A DNA stretch of 25,363 nucleotides. Source: Actinomycetales bacterium (GTDB lineage Bacteria; Actinomycetota; Actinomycetes; Actinomycetales; Actinomycetaceae). The position numbers were made by a program, and so were the translations under genes. Where the stretch lies: contig JAAZBW010000350.1 of the NCBI GenBank assembly GCA_012513625.1, forward strand, positions 1 to 25,363. Direction: 5' to 3'. Each line of letters opens with the position of its first letter. Position 1 is the first letter of the stretch. This document shows positions 1 through 9,647 of this stretch, one piece after another. Under the pieces are notes generated by a model. That model had not been told where the DNA came from and did no database searches. It saw only the letters and a program-made list of their open reading frames with translations.

Positions 1-483
1 CCCCGCACCCACATGATCTGGGACACCGCCGCACGCACCCTCATCGGCATCCAGGAGATGGGTGTGGACAATGTGGGTGTCCTCATGGACTTCGGCCACT
101 CTCTGTTTGGTGGCGAGACGCCTTCCGACGCCGCCCAACTCCTCATCGACCACGGCAGGCTCTGGGCGATGGACGTCAACGACAACTACCGCGGTTGGGA
201 CGATGACCTCGTGGCAGGAACTGTCCACCCGATCGAGTTGATGGAGTTCTTCTACACCCTCCGGAAGAACGACTGGCAGGGCGTGTGGCAGCTCGACCAG
301 TTCCCCTTCCGTGAGGACTCCGTGGCTGCGGCCGACACGGCGATCCGGTTCCTCAAGCACATCTACCGCTCCCTCGATCGACTCGACATGAGCGGGCTTG
401 CCGCCGCACAGGCGGATCACGACGCTGTGGCCGCCCACCGGCTCGTGCAGGACGCCCTGTATCCGGGCATCGGAGAGGAGTAG
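1..483 (+). CDS. apsI: Xylose-isomerase-like TIM-barrel sugar isomerase, probable D-apiose isomerase (5'-truncated by the window)
   Basis: Frame open from base 1 ([14 protein letters not shown]...). Metal-site motifs DFGH, DVNDN, WDDD and LDQFPFRE. As recalled, very similar to the C-terminal half of Pectobacterium ApsI. Directly upstream of a split transketolase, as in the known apiose pathway. Confidence 0.72.
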   Translation, partial: PRTHMIWDTAARTLIGIQEMGVDNVGVLMDFGHSLFGGETPSDAAQLLIDHGRLWAMDVNDNYRGWDDDLVAGTVHPIELMEFFYTLRKNDWQGVWQLDQFPFREDSVAAADTAIRFLKHIYRSLDRLDMSGLAAAQADHDAVAAHRLVQDALYPGIGEE

Positions 484-487
484 GACC

Positions 488-1378
488 GTGCTGTATCCAC
501 CGCAGGGCGCCGAGCCCTGGATCGGACGGATCGGGGATGCCCCCCGTGAGGAGGTGGTGGCCTTCCTCGAGGATGCCGCCCGTCGCATCCGCATCCGAGA
601 CCTGCAACTCGTCAAGACTGCGAAGGCCGGCCACATTGGTGGCGAGATGTCGATTGCGGACATCCTGACCACGTTGCTGCTCCACACCATGAACCTGGAT
701 CCTACGAACCTCGACGATCCGGAGCGGGACCGACTCGTGGTCTCGAAGGGACACGTGGCGGCGATCCTCTACACCACGCTCGCAGCGGGCGGATTCATCA
801 ACCCGGACGAGCTTGACACCTTCCTCCAGAACGAGAGCATGCTCAACGGACACCCCGCCCGAACGAAGGTGAAGGCGGTCGAGGCCAACACCGGGCCGCT
901 CGGACATGGGCTGCCCATCGCGACCGGCATGGCACTCGGCGCCAAGATCGACGACTCCTCCCGCCGCACGTTCGTGGTGCTCGGTGACGGCGAGTTGCAG
1001 GAGGGATCCAACTGGGAGGCGATGATGTTCGCCGGGAACCAGGGACTCACCAACCTCGTCGCGATCGTGGACCGCAACCGTCTCCAGCAGGGAGCCACCA
1101 CGAAGGCCACCAACTCGCTCGAGCCGCTCCCGGAGAAGCTGCGCGCGTTCGGTTGGGAGGTGGTCGAGGTGGACGGGCACGACGTCGGAGCTCTCGTTGA
1201 CACATTTGCTGCGGTTCCGGCGACGTCTGCGAAGCCGACCTTCGTGATCGCCCACACCCACAAGGGCCACCCGATCTCCTACATGAGAGACAACGTGGCC
1301 TGGCATCACAGGGTGCCGAATGATTCGGAGTTAGAGCAGGCCCTCGCCGAGCTCGGGGCCGTGAAGGAGGACGCATGA
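488..1378 (+). CDS. aptA: Transketolase N-terminal (TPP-binding) subunit, probable apulose-4-phosphate transketolase subunit A
   Basis: GHIGG, SKGH, GPLGHGL, GDGELQEGSNWEA (TPP motif) and HTHKG. GTG at 488 follows a [16 protein letters not shown] overlap with the next gene. The apt assignment rests on context. Confidence 0.85.
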   Translation: MLYPPQGAEPWIGRIGDAPREEVVAFLEDAARRIRIRDLQLVKTAKAGHIGGEMSIADILTTLLLHTMNLDPTNLDDPERDRLVVSKGHVAAILYTTLAAGGFINPDELDTFLQNESMLNGHPARTKVKAVEANTGPLGHGLPIATGMALGAKIDDSSRRTFVVLGDGELQEGSNWEAMMFAGNQGLTNLVAIVDRNRLQQGATTKATNSLEPLPEKLRAFGWEVVEVDGHDVGALVDTFAAVPATSAKPTFVIAHTHKGHPISYMRDNVAWHHRVPNDSELEQALAELGAVKEDA

Positions 1379-2343
1379 CCACGCGCACCACCCACGCACC
1401 GATGGCCGACGCGCCCACCTACGACGCACGGGATGCCTTCGCGGCGACCCTCGCGGAACTGGCACGGGCGGACCAACGGATTGTCGCCGTCGTCAATGAC
1501 TCGGTGGGCTCGTCCAAGCTCGGAGAGTTCCAGAAGGAGTTTCCGGAGCGCACGATCAACGTGGGAATCGCCGAGCAGACCCAGGTGGGCGCCGCGGCCG
1601 GACTCGCGAACGCCGGGAAAATCCCGTTCGTCTCGTGTGCCGGCTCATTCCTCACCGCGCGCGCGATGGAGCAGGTGAAGGTGGACTGCGCCTACTCCGA
1701 CTACAACGTGAAGCTGTGCGCCCAGTCCCCCGGCATGGGCTACGGGAATCTCGGCGCCACCCACCACTCCGTGGAGGACATCGCGTGGATGCGCGCGATC
1801 GCCAACATGGCAGTGGTGGTGCCCGCCGACCACCGTGAGACCGGCCAGGTCATCCGGTGGGCTGCCGAGCACGAGGGGCCCGTTTACATCCGGATCTCCC
1901 GGCTCGCGCTGCCCAACGTCACAACGGGAAATTTCGAGTTCGGGAGGGCTTCTGTCCTCGCCCGGGGTGACGACGTCACCATCGTTGCGAACGGTGTGGT
2001 CACTGTCCGCGCCCTCGCTGCGGCGGACATCCTGGTGGCCGAGGGCGTCACAGCGCGCGTGCTGCACATGCCCACCGTGAAGCCGCTCGACTCGGACGCC
2101 ATCGTGGCGGCGGCACGAGAGACGGGCGCGATCGTGACGGTGGAAGAGGCCACCGCTGGCGGCGCGCTGGGCGGCGCTGTGGCAGAGACAGTGTGCGATC
2201 ACCACCCCGTGCCAGTCACTCGGCTGGGCGTCCCGGACGTCTTCGCTCCCACGGGATCGGAACCGTGGCTGCTCGACCATTTCGGCATGTCTCCCGAGGG
2301 GATCGCGGCTAGCTGCCGTGAGACGATTGAAAAGAAGGCGTAA
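1375..2343 (+). CDS. aptB: Transketolase C-terminal subunit, probable apulose-4-phosphate transketolase subunit B
   Basis: INVGIAEQ, GATHHSVED, GPVYIR, TVKPLD and VTVEE motifs. Coupled to the upstream subunit. Confidence 0.85.
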   Translation: MTTRTTHAPMADAPTYDARDAFAATLAELARADQRIVAVVNDSVGSSKLGEFQKEFPERTINVGIAEQTQVGAAAGLANAGKIPFVSCAGSFLTARAMEQVKVDCAYSDYNVKLCAQSPGMGYGNLGATHHSVEDIAWMRAIANMAVVVPADHRETGQVIRWAAEHEGPVYIRISRLALPNVTTGNFEFGRASVLARGDDVTIVANGVVTVRALAAADILVAEGVTARVLHMPTVKPLDSDAIVAAARETGAIVTVEEATAGGALGGAVAETVCDHHPVPVTRLGVPDVFAPTGSEPWLLDHFGMSPEGIAASCRETIEKKA

Positions 2344-2382
2344 AGCTTTCACCGATTCGGTCACAGGGAAGGGGGCGTGCAG

Positions 2383-3366
2383 ATGGCCGTGCCGGTAGCA
2401 CGCCCCCACCCCTCAGCGGGCCCCGAGGATCTCCGCCTTATCGCCCGGATCGCACGGATGTACCACGAGCAGGGGCTGCGCCAGACCGAGATTGCCCGGC
2501 GTCTCCACCTTTCCCAGACCAAGGTCTCGCGCATGTTGCAGAAGGCCGTGGAAATCGGGATCGTTCGAACGGTGGTCACGCTCCCCGAGGCGGTGCATGC
2601 CGAACTCGAAGAGTTGCTCGAGCAGAGCTACGGCCTCGAGGAGGTGGTGGTGGCGGATGTGCACGAGGGAGACGGCTCATCGCTGCGTGCTCTCGGCGCC
2701 GCCGCTGCGCACAGCCTTGAGGCGAGCCTTCGTGAGGGCGACGTGGTTGGCATCTCTTCGTGGAGCGAGACCCTGCTGGCCGCGGTGGATTCCATGCGGC
2801 CGCTGCGCGGCCTCGGCGCCGACTCCGTGGTGCAACTCGTGGGAGGTCGGGGCAGCCCCCGCGTCCAGGTACTCGCCACCGGGATGTTGGAGCGGCTGGG
2901 GTCGCTGCTGGGCGCACCCACGCTGTTTCTCCTCACACCCGCCGTGCTGGGATCCTCACAGGCTCGGGATGAGTTGATGAAGGATCCGGCGCTCGGCGAG
3001 GTAATCACGGCATGGGAGCACATCAGTGTGGCACTCGTGGGCATCGGAAACATCCAGATGTCTCCGATGCTCGCGCAGTCCGGTGTGACCCTCGCTCCGG
3101 ACGACCGCCGCGAGCTTGCAGCCGCAGGAGCCGTGGGCGATGTGTGCCTCCGCTACTTCGATGCTGAGGGCAAGGCGGTGGAGACCGGCTTCGATCACCG
3201 GGTGCTCGCGATCGACGAGGCCGCGCTCAAGCGCGTGCCGCGTCGAGTGGGCGTGGCCGGCGGTCTGGACAAGTTGAACGCGGTGCGCGCCGCCATACTC
3301 GGCGGCTGGATCAACGTACTCATCACCGATTCGGAGCTGGCCCAAGCGCTCGGTAACGGCGCCTGA
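2383..3366 (+). CDS. SorC/DeoR-family sugar-binding transcriptional regulator
   Basis: N-terminal HTH (ARMYHEQGLRQTEIARRLHLSQTKVSRML) plus sugar-binding domain (GISSWSET, GAVGDVCLRYFD, VAGGLDK, LITD). GGGAAGGGGG RBS upstream of ATG 2383. Confidence 0.9.
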   Translation: MAVPVARPHPSAGPEDLRLIARIARMYHEQGLRQTEIARRLHLSQTKVSRMLQKAVEIGIVRTVVTLPEAVHAELEELLEQSYGLEEVVVADVHEGDGSSLRALGAAAAHSLEASLREGDVVGISSWSETLLAAVDSMRPLRGLGADSVVQLVGGRGSPRVQVLATGMLERLGSLLGAPTLFLLTPAVLGSSQARDELMKDPALGEVITAWEHISVALVGIGNIQMSPMLAQSGVTLAPDDRRELAAAGAVGDVCLRYFDAEGKAVETGFDHRVLAIDEAALKRVPRRVGVAGGLDKLNAVRAAILGGWINVLITDSELAQALGNGA

Positions 3367-3464
3367 CAGCGCGAACCCACCTCACTGGCGTGCGTGCCTG
3401 ACTGGTACGTGCTGTTGATGTGGCAGAGGGTGGGCCGTGGCCACGCGCGTCAGCTCCCGCGCCC

Positions 3465-3470
3465 TAGACT
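3465..3470 (+). promoter_or_regulatory. Candidate -10 element (TAGACT) of a leaderless transcript
   Basis: TANNNT exactly 6 nt before ATG 3477; no Shine-Dalgarno sequence. Confidence 0.55.
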
Positions 3471-3476
3471 TTCGCC

Positions 3477-3902
3477 ATGTTGAAGGGAATCGACTCGCGG
3501 CTGAGCCCCGAACTCCTCTACCTCCTCGCGCAGATGGGCCACGGCGACCGACTGGCAGTCGTGGACCGGAACTACCCGGCAGAATCGGCGGGCATCCCGG
3601 TGGTCCGGATGGACTCCACGGGCCTGATTCCCACGCTCGAGGCGATCCTTTCGGTCTTCCCCATCGACACGTTCGTGGATCAACCCGTGGGTGGCATGAA
3701 CCAGGTGGACCTCCCAGAGACCGTGCCAGCCGTCCAAGGCGAGGCGTTTGCGCTGGTCAACCGCATCGAGGGGCGCGAGGTGGGCGTGGAGCGGATCGAG
3801 CGCTTCGCCTTCTACGAGGCCGCCCGGCGTTGCTTCGCCGTGGTCATTACCGGCGAGGACCGCCCCTACGGCTGCGTCATCCTCACCAAGGGCGTGCTCT
3901 GA
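3477..3902 (+). CDS. RbsD/FucU-family sugar mutarotase/pyranase
   Basis: MLKGI...MGHGD..AVVDRNYP, ERFAFYE and TGE.RPYGCVILTKG match the family signature. Confidence 0.9.
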   Translation: MLKGIDSRLSPELLYLLAQMGHGDRLAVVDRNYPAESAGIPVVRMDSTGLIPTLEAILSVFPIDTFVDQPVGGMNQVDLPETVPAVQGEAFALVNRIEGREVGVERIERFAFYEAARRCFAVVITGEDRPYGCVILTKGVL

Positions 3903-3992
3903 GGTAGGGCCGAGCGCGTCCTGCGGGCCGCCCGGGTCCTCGGCCCGTAGGATTGCCTGCTACCCAGATTCCGGACCACGGGGAAGGTGCGC

Positions 3993-5480
3993 ATGGCGGA
4001 GATGTTCGCAGTCACACTCGCAGACGCGATCTCCCCGCTCATCCTTTCCGTGGACGTGGGCTCCACGGGCATCCGCGGCGGCGTGTTCGACGCCACCGGC
4101 CGCCCCGTCACCAAGACCCGCGTCCGCGTGGAGCACTCGTTCCGCACCAACGCGAAGGGCCGCAGCGAGATCAGCCCGGATCTGGTGGTCTCAGGTGTCC
4201 TCAACGTGATCGACGGTGCCATCTCCCGGCTGCCCGCCCGCAGCATCGCGGGCGTCTGCGTTGACACATTCGCCTCCTCGCTCGTGGGTGTGGACGGAGG
4301 AGCCGCCGTCACCCCCTGCTACACCTACGCGGACTCACGTTCCGCCGGGGAGATCGAGGGCCTGCGCGGGCACATCGCCGAGGGCCGCCTCCAGCAGCGC
4401 ACGGGCACCCGCCTCCACACCTCCTACCTACCTGCGCGCCTCCGGTGGCTCGCCCGCACCCAGCCGGACACGTTCGAACTGGTGGATACGTGGATGAGCA
4501 TCGGCGAATACGTCTACCTCCGCATCCTTGGGGTGCACGGCGCCGCCACGGCCACCGCCGCCTGGTCCGGACTCCTCAGCCGCTCGCAGGCCACCTGGGA
4601 CCATGAGACCGTGGCGGCCGCGGGAATCCGCCCGGACCAGCTGGCGCCCATCCGCATGCCGGACGAGCCGTTCACCGCGGTCGCACCGCAGGTGGCCAAG
4701 CGCTGGCCCGCCCTCGCGGATGCCGTCTGGTTCCCCGCGATCCCGGATGGCTACGCGAACCACTTCGGCTCCGGCCACGCGGACCAGAGCACCCTGATGC
4801 TCTCCGCCTCCACCGCCGGCGCGATCCGCATGCTCGTGAAGAACCCACCGGCCTCCGTACCCGCGGGCCTCTGGTGCCACCGCGTGGACCGCACCACCTG
4901 CATGGTGGGCGGCAGCCTCAACGATGTGGGCAACGCCGCCACCTGGGCAGAAAACCTGGTGACCCCTCCGCCGGGCGGCCGCCACTCCGACTGGCTCGTC
5001 GGCCCCCCGATAGAGGACGGCCCCCTCGCCCTCCCGTTCCTGGCAGGCGAGCGCTCCACCGGCTGGCACGCCGAGGCACGAGCGATCGTCGCGGGCCTCA
5101 CCGGCACCTCGGACCCCGCGGTCTTCTACCGCACCGTCCTTGAGGGCGTTGCGTTCACCTACCGCCGCATCGTGGACCAGTTGGAGCAGCTCTCGCCAGA
5201 ACTCCACCGCGTGATCGCCACGGGTGGATTCACGACGGCGTACCCCACCTGGCTCCCGATCCTCGCCTCCGTGGTGGGCCTGCCAGTGCTACCGCTGGAC
5301 ATGAAGCGCTCCACCCTCCGCGGGAACGCCGTGCTCGCGCTCGAGCAACTTGCCCCCGAGGTGGAGCGCGTCCACCCCGTCCTCGGCAGCCCGGTTGTAC
5401 CCAACCCTGCTTGGGCGGACACCTACCAGGAGTCCTTCGACCGCTGGAACGCCCTCTACGACGCCCTCTACGTGCAGTAG
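3993..5480 (+). CDS. FGGY-family carbohydrate kinase (gluconokinase-like)
   Basis: SVDVGSTGIRG phosphate-1 motif, TYADSRS, PFLAGERS, VLEGVAF and ATGG. GGGGAAGG RBS. Confidence 0.88.
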   Translation: MAEMFAVTLADAISPLILSVDVGSTGIRGGVFDATGRPVTKTRVRVEHSFRTNAKGRSEISPDLVVSGVLNVIDGAISRLPARSIAGVCVDTFASSLVGVDGGAAVTPCYTYADSRSAGEIEGLRGHIAEGRLQQRTGTRLHTSYLPARLRWLARTQPDTFELVDTWMSIGEYVYLRILGVHGAATATAAWSGLLSRSQATWDHETVAAAGIRPDQLAPIRMPDEPFTAVAPQVAKRWPALADAVWFPAIPDGYANHFGSGHADQSTLMLSASTAGAIRMLVKNPPASVPAGLWCHRVDRTTCMVGGSLNDVGNAATWAENLVTPPPGGRHSDWLVGPPIEDGPLALPFLAGERSTGWHAEARAIVAGLTGTSDPAVFYRTVLEGVAFTYRRIVDQLEQLSPELHRVIATGGFTTAYPTWLPILASVVGLPVLPLDMKRSTLRGNAVLALEQLAPEVERVHPVLGSPVVPNPAWADTYQESFDRWNALYDALYVQ

Positions 5481-5547
5481 TACCTGCGCCCCGCTGGCCC
5501 CAGAAGGTCCTCGAAGCTCTCGCCGAGCCGCTCCGGCCCGGCTCACG

Positions 5548-5553
5548 TACGGT
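5548..5553 (+). promoter_or_regulatory. Candidate -10 element (TACGGT) of a leaderless transcript
   Basis: TANNNT exactly 6 nt before ATG 5560; no Shine-Dalgarno sequence. Confidence 0.55.
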
Positions 5554-5559
5554 GGGCAC

Positions 5560-6612
5560 ATGCCCGCCACCTCGCACACAGGTCGCACGGCCACGGCGTA
5601 CTGGACCGTGGCGCCCGGCCGGGGAGAGCTGCGCACCGAGTTCCTGGCTGACCCCATTCGCGACGAGGTCCTGGTCCGCGCCCTTGCGAGCGGCGTCTCC
5701 CGCGGCACCGAACTGCTGGTGCACCGGCACGAGATCCCGCGCGAGATCATCGCGGAGATGCGCGGCCCCCACCAGGCAGGCGATCTGCCGGGACCCGTCA
5801 AGTATGGCTACCTGACGGTGGGCGTGGTGGAGGAGGGGCCCGAGCACCTGCTCGGTCAGCGCGTCTTCTGCCTGCACCCCCACCAGGACCGTTTTGTGGT
5901 CCCCGCAGCCGATGTTGTCCCGATTCCCCACAACGTGCCCACCTCCCGGGCCATCCTCGCCGGCACCGTGGAGACCGCGGTGAACGCCCTGTGGGACGCG
6001 GGACCGCGGATCGGGGACCGGGTGGCGGTGGTGGGCGCCGGGATGATCGGGCTCGGGGTGGCGCTCCTGCTGCAGCGGCACCCACTCGCCCGCCTGCAGG
6101 TGGTGGAGACCAGCGAGTCCCGCCGCGCGCTCCTGCGGGAACTCGGCCTCGATGCCGTCACCCCGGACGAGGCGGAGGATGAGTGCGACATCGTCTTCCA
6201 CGCGTCCGCCACCTCCGCCGGCCTCGCCACCACGCTCCGGCTCCTCGGCACCGCCGGTGAGGCGATCGAGCTCTCCTGGTACGGCACCCGCACGCCCGAG
6301 GTGCCGCTCGGCGGCGAGTTCCACAGCCGCCGCCTCGTTCTCCGCGCGAGCCAGGTGGGGCGCGTCAGCCCCGCACGGGCCGCCCGGCGGAGCGCCGCAG
6401 ACCGGATCGCGATCGCCCTCGACGCCCTCACGGACCCCGTGTTCGACCACCTACTCGCACCTGCGGTGCCATTCGCGGAGCTACCGCGGGTGATGGAGGA
6501 GATCGCGAACGGTGCGAGGGACGTGCTGTGCCAGGTGATCGAGTACGAGGGCGCGCCACCCCTCGGCCACCCCCAGTCCAGCGAGGCGACCACCCCCGTA
6601 AAGGAGAGCTGA
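5560..6612 (+). CDS. Medium-chain dehydrogenase/reductase (BchC-like subfamily, lacks canonical catalytic Zn ligands)
   Basis: SGVSRGTE and KYGY replace CxxD and GHE; Rossmann motif VGAGMIG; ELSWYG. The stop codon overlaps the next ATG (TGATG). Confidence 0.85.
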   Translation: MPATSHTGRTATAYWTVAPGRGELRTEFLADPIRDEVLVRALASGVSRGTELLVHRHEIPREIIAEMRGPHQAGDLPGPVKYGYLTVGVVEEGPEHLLGQRVFCLHPHQDRFVVPAADVVPIPHNVPTSRAILAGTVETAVNALWDAGPRIGDRVAVVGAGMIGLGVALLLQRHPLARLQVVETSESRRALLRELGLDAVTPDEAEDECDIVFHASATSAGLATTLRLLGTAGEAIELSWYGTRTPEVPLGGEFHSRRLVLRASQVGRVSPARAARRSAADRIAIALDALTDPVFDHLLAPAVPFAELPRVMEEIANGARDVLCQVIEYEGAPPLGHPQSSEATTPVKES

Positions 6613-6989
6613 TGTTTACCCTGACCGTGCGGGACCACATGATGGTGGCCCACAGCCTGCCGGACCCGTTCTTCGGGCCGGCCGCCCAACTCCACGGCGC
6701 CACGTTCGTGGTGGAGGCCACCTTCGAGCGCGCGGAACTCGATGAGCACGGCGTGGTCCTGGACATCGGCGCCGCCACCACGCGCCTCGCCGAAATCCTC
6801 GGCCGCATCGCGTACCAGAACCTCGATGACCTCCCCGAGTTCACCGGCGTCCTCACCACCACGGAACGGCTCGCGCAGTGGGTGGCCGACCGCCTCGCGG
6901 AGGACCCCGCGCTCGGCGGCGTGGACACGATCCTCGTCACCCTCCGCGAGAACCCTGACGCATGGGCCAGCTACCGCCGCACCGTGTGA
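6612..6989 (+). CDS. 6-pyruvoyl-tetrahydropterin synthase/QueD T-fold homolog of the Streptomyces SCO6650 type
   Basis: TVRDHMMVAHS, FFGPAAQLHGATFVV, VVLDIG, YQNLDD, TTERLA and LREN..AWASY. AAGGAG RBS. Confidence 0.88.
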   Translation: MFTLTVRDHMMVAHSLPDPFFGPAAQLHGATFVVEATFERAELDEHGVVLDIGAATTRLAEILGRIAYQNLDDLPEFTGVLTTTERLAQWVADRLAEDPALGGVDTILVTLRENPDAWASYRRTV

Positions 6990-8107
6990 GGGTCGGCTTC
7001 GTCACCCCGGACCTCGGACGCCCCTCCGGCGGCAGCGCCTACAACACTCGCGTCATCGCGAACTGGCCGGCCGCAACGTCCGTTGAGACCGTGGTGGTCA
7101 GTCCCAACGTGGCCCGCCCTGCGGTGGGCGGCGACGGCGGGAGCACGGCCCGGTCACAGGCGGTACCCGGCGGCGGGCGCGCGTTGGACGCCGCACTCGA
7201 GGAGGCGTTGCGACGCAACCCGGTGAGCGTCGTCGACGGGCTCTTGGGGAGCGAACACCCGGACGTGATCGAGCGGGCCGAGGCGGCGGGCCACCGCGTG
7301 CTACTCCTGATGCACATGCCCCGCCCGGATGACGTGGGGCTGACCGCCGCGGACCGGGAGCGCCTCGCCACGCTGGAACAGCGGGCCGTGCGGGCGGCGT
7401 CCGCGATCGTGAGCCCAAGCACGTGGGGCGCAGCCGAGGTAGCCCGTCGTTACGGCCGCGCGGATGCGCTGGTGGCGGTGCCGGGGGTGGAGCGGGCGCC
7501 GGTGGCGCGGGGCAGCGAGCCCCTCCAGGTCCTGCAACTTGGCGCCGTGGGCCCACTCAAGAACCAGGAGCTCGTGCTCCGGGCCGTGCAGCAGCTCGCG
7601 GGCGGCCCCAGCCCGGCGCCGGAGTTCCGGCTGCGAATCGTGGGCCCGGTGGTGGATCTCCCCGCTGCCGAGCGGCTCCAAGCGCTGACAGCCGCACTGC
7701 CGCAGGTGACCGCCGGGCCTGAGGGGCCGCTGGAAGGAGAGGAACTCGAGCAGGTGTTCGCCGGCACGGACCTGCTGGTCAGCGTGGCAACGCGGGAGAC
7801 CTACGGCCTCGTGGTCACGGAGGCCCTCGCCCGCGGGATTCCGGCGATCGCGGGCCGCGGCACCGGCGCGGAGGAAGCCCTCGCCGCCGGCGGTGCCGCT
7901 GCCGGGCTGCCGGGGGTGACTGTTTCTCCATCCGACCCCGTGGAACTCGCGCGAGCGCTCGGCCGCTGGCTCACCGAGCCAGAACTCCGCAGAGACTGGC
8001 GCTCCCGCGCCCTCGCCGCCCGCCCTCGCCTCCCCCGCTGGGAGCACACGGCGCAGACGATCTCGGACGCCGCCTCAGCGGCCCTCAGCCGAGGATCAGC
8101 TCGGTAA
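6986..8107 (+). CDS. GT-B glycosyltransferase, family 4
   Basis: N-terminal PSGGSAYN; [10 protein letters not shown]; [16 protein letters not shown] (E-x7-E motif). GTGA overlap with the PTPS gene. Confidence 0.88.
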   Translation: MRVGFVTPDLGRPSGGSAYNTRVIANWPAATSVETVVVSPNVARPAVGGDGGSTARSQAVPGGGRALDAALEEALRRNPVSVVDGLLGSEHPDVIERAEAAGHRVLLLMHMPRPDDVGLTAADRERLATLEQRAVRAASAIVSPSTWGAAEVARRYGRADALVAVPGVERAPVARGSEPLQVLQLGAVGPLKNQELVLRAVQQLAGGPSPAPEFRLRIVGPVVDLPAAERLQALTAALPQVTAGPEGPLEGEELEQVFAGTDLLVSVATRETYGLVVTEALARGIPAIAGRGTGAEEALAAGGAAAGLPGVTVSPSDPVELARALGRWLTEPELRRDWRSRALAARPRLPRWEHTAQTISDAASAALSRGSAR

Positions 8108-9647
8108 CCAGGTCGTCGCCCAGCCGGAAGCGTCGGGCAGGAATGCGGGAGGCCTCCGCCACGGTGGTGGTGGGCAGCCCGCGCACACCGGGGACGCCAT
8201 CGCCCAGGAGCACCGGGACTGTGGTGACGTAGAGGCGGTCCAGCACCCCTGCCGTGACGAACGAGCTGACCGTGCGGCCCCCGCCCTCCACCAGCACCCG
8301 GCCAAGGCCGCGCTCGCGCAGCAACTCGAGGACCGCGGCCGGCTCGAGTGCCGCGGCCCCCTGCGCGGTCTCGGAACCGGAGACGGAAACGGAACTCGCG
8401 CCGTCGTCGTCGCCCCTGGACGCAGCACCGGACACGGGGACGCGCACCACCTCCACGTGCGCTCCGACGTCTGGCACCTCCACGCCCTCAGCCACAATCC
8501 AGAGGGTGGGGGCGGCGCCGTCCGTGAGCACGCCGGAATCGGCGGGGATGCGGGCCTCGAGGTCGAGGACCACGCGTGTGGGTGACGGGCCGGTGACCTC
8601 GCGAACGGTGAGGCGCGGATTGTCCGCGATCACGGTGCCAGCGCCCACGATCAGGGCGTCCACGAGCGCGCGGAGGCGGTGGAGGTGCATGTGGTCCTCG
8701 GCGCCCGAGAGGCCGGCGGAATCGCCGGTGCGCGTGGCGATGAAGCCGTCAAGGGATTGGGCCATCTGGGCGATCGCGAGATGCGGTCCAGTGGCCACGA
8801 GCGGGCCGTAACGGTCGATGAGCGTGGCGCCCCGGACGTCCGCGGAGGAGACCGGGACGCGGCCAGCCAGGAGTTCGGCCCACACGCCGCCGGCCTCGCC
8901 CGGCGAGGAGGGGGAGGGCGGGCGGTCATGGCCCATGAGGAGTCGCTTGGTCTCGAGGTAGACCATGTTCTCCGCGAACTCCGGCACGAACATGCCGGTG
9001 CGCTCGCTGACCGTGATGCCGAGGTCCGCGAGCGCGTTCTCCTTGGCAGGGTTCGAGCTCATGAGGCGGATTGAGCTGAGGCCGAGGTCCCGGAGGATGG
9101 CGGCGGGCTGGCTGTAGTCGCGGGCGTCGGCCGGGTGGCCGAGCGCGAGGTTGGCGTCCACCGTGTCCGCACCGTTGTCCTGCAGGTGGTAGGCCTTCAG
9201 CTTCTCGAGCAGGCCGATGCCGCGGCCCTCGTGTCCGCGCACGTAAACGAGAACACCACGGCCCTCGTGGGCAATGCGGGCGAGGGCGGCCTGGAGTTGA
9301 TCGCCGCAGTCGCAGCGATGGGATCCGAGGGCGTCACCAGTGAGGCACTCCGAGTGGAGGCGGACGAGCGGGTCACCGTGGCGGTGGGTGGCGGGGCCGG
9401 TATCGGTGCCGGCGCCGTGGCTATTGTTGCGACCATTGCCGGCGCCGTTTCCTGACCCGTGGCCGTAGCCAGTCCCGTGGCCCGCACTCGCTGCGTCTCC
9501 AATTCCCATCGCGAGGGCCACGTGCTCCACGCCGTCCTGACCTCGGTATCCGATCATCCGGAAGACTCCGTGGCGTGTGGGAAGCACCGTCTCCGTCACG
9601 CGCACCACCAGTCCGTGCGCCACATCTCCATGCACCAGATCTGTCAT
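8085..9647 (-). CDS. ribA: GTP cyclohydrolase II fused to a RibD C-terminal reductase domain (no deaminase domain)
   Basis: [34 protein letters not shown] and SSNPAK (RibA); [25 protein letters not shown] and LVEGGG (RibD_C). GAGAGGA RBS. ATGA overlap with the HAD gene. Confidence 0.92.
   Translation of the reverse strand: MTDLVHGDVAHGLVVRVTETVLPTRHGVFRMIGYRGQDGVEHVALAMGIGDAASAGHGTGYGHGSGNGAGNGRNNSHGAGTDTGPATHRHGDPLVRLHSECLTGDALGSHRCDCGDQLQAALARIAHEGRGVLVYVRGHEGRGIGLLEKLKAYHLQDNGADTVDANLALGHPADARDYSQPAAILRDLGLSSIRLMSSNPAKENALADLGITVSERTGMFVPEFAENMVYLETKRLLMGHDRPPSPSSPGEAGGVWAELLAGRVPVSSADVRGATLIDRYGPLVATGPHLAIAQMAQSLDGFIATRTGDSAGLSGAEDHMHLHRLRALVDALIVGAGTVIADNPRLTVREVTGPSPTRVVLDLEARIPADSGVLTDGAAPTLWIVAEGVEVPDVGAHVEVVRVPVSGAASRGDDDGASSVSVSGSETAQGAAALEPAAVLELLRERGLGRVLVEGGGRTVSSFVTAGVLDRLYVTTVPVLLGDGVPGVRGLPTTTVAEASRIPARRFRLGDDLVTELILG

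Noticed and set aside
3907-3946. Intrinsic terminator after the RbsD/FucU gene (GGGCCGAG...CTCGGCCC)
   Set aside because: Only an 8-bp GC stem around a 24-nt weakly paired loop with no U-tract; expected by chance at this GC content.
353-6450. Antisense ORFs such as 353-1309, 1645-2409, 4428-5207 and 5230-6450
   Set aside because: Mirror well-supported plus-strand genes and show no family motifs.
6612-6989. queD / queuosine biosynthesis
   Set aside because: Lacks CxxxHGH and no queC, queE or queF neighbours are present.
9180-9210. SCO6655-type (formyl-retaining) cyclohydrolase
   Set aside because: The canonical tyrosine (KAYHLQD) is present and no creatininase-like deformylase is in the window.
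8085-9647. Ordinary riboflavin operon or FMN riboswitch
   Set aside because: No deaminase, RibB, riboflavin synthase or lumazine synthase in the window; the operon appears leaderless, leaving no room for a riboswitch.
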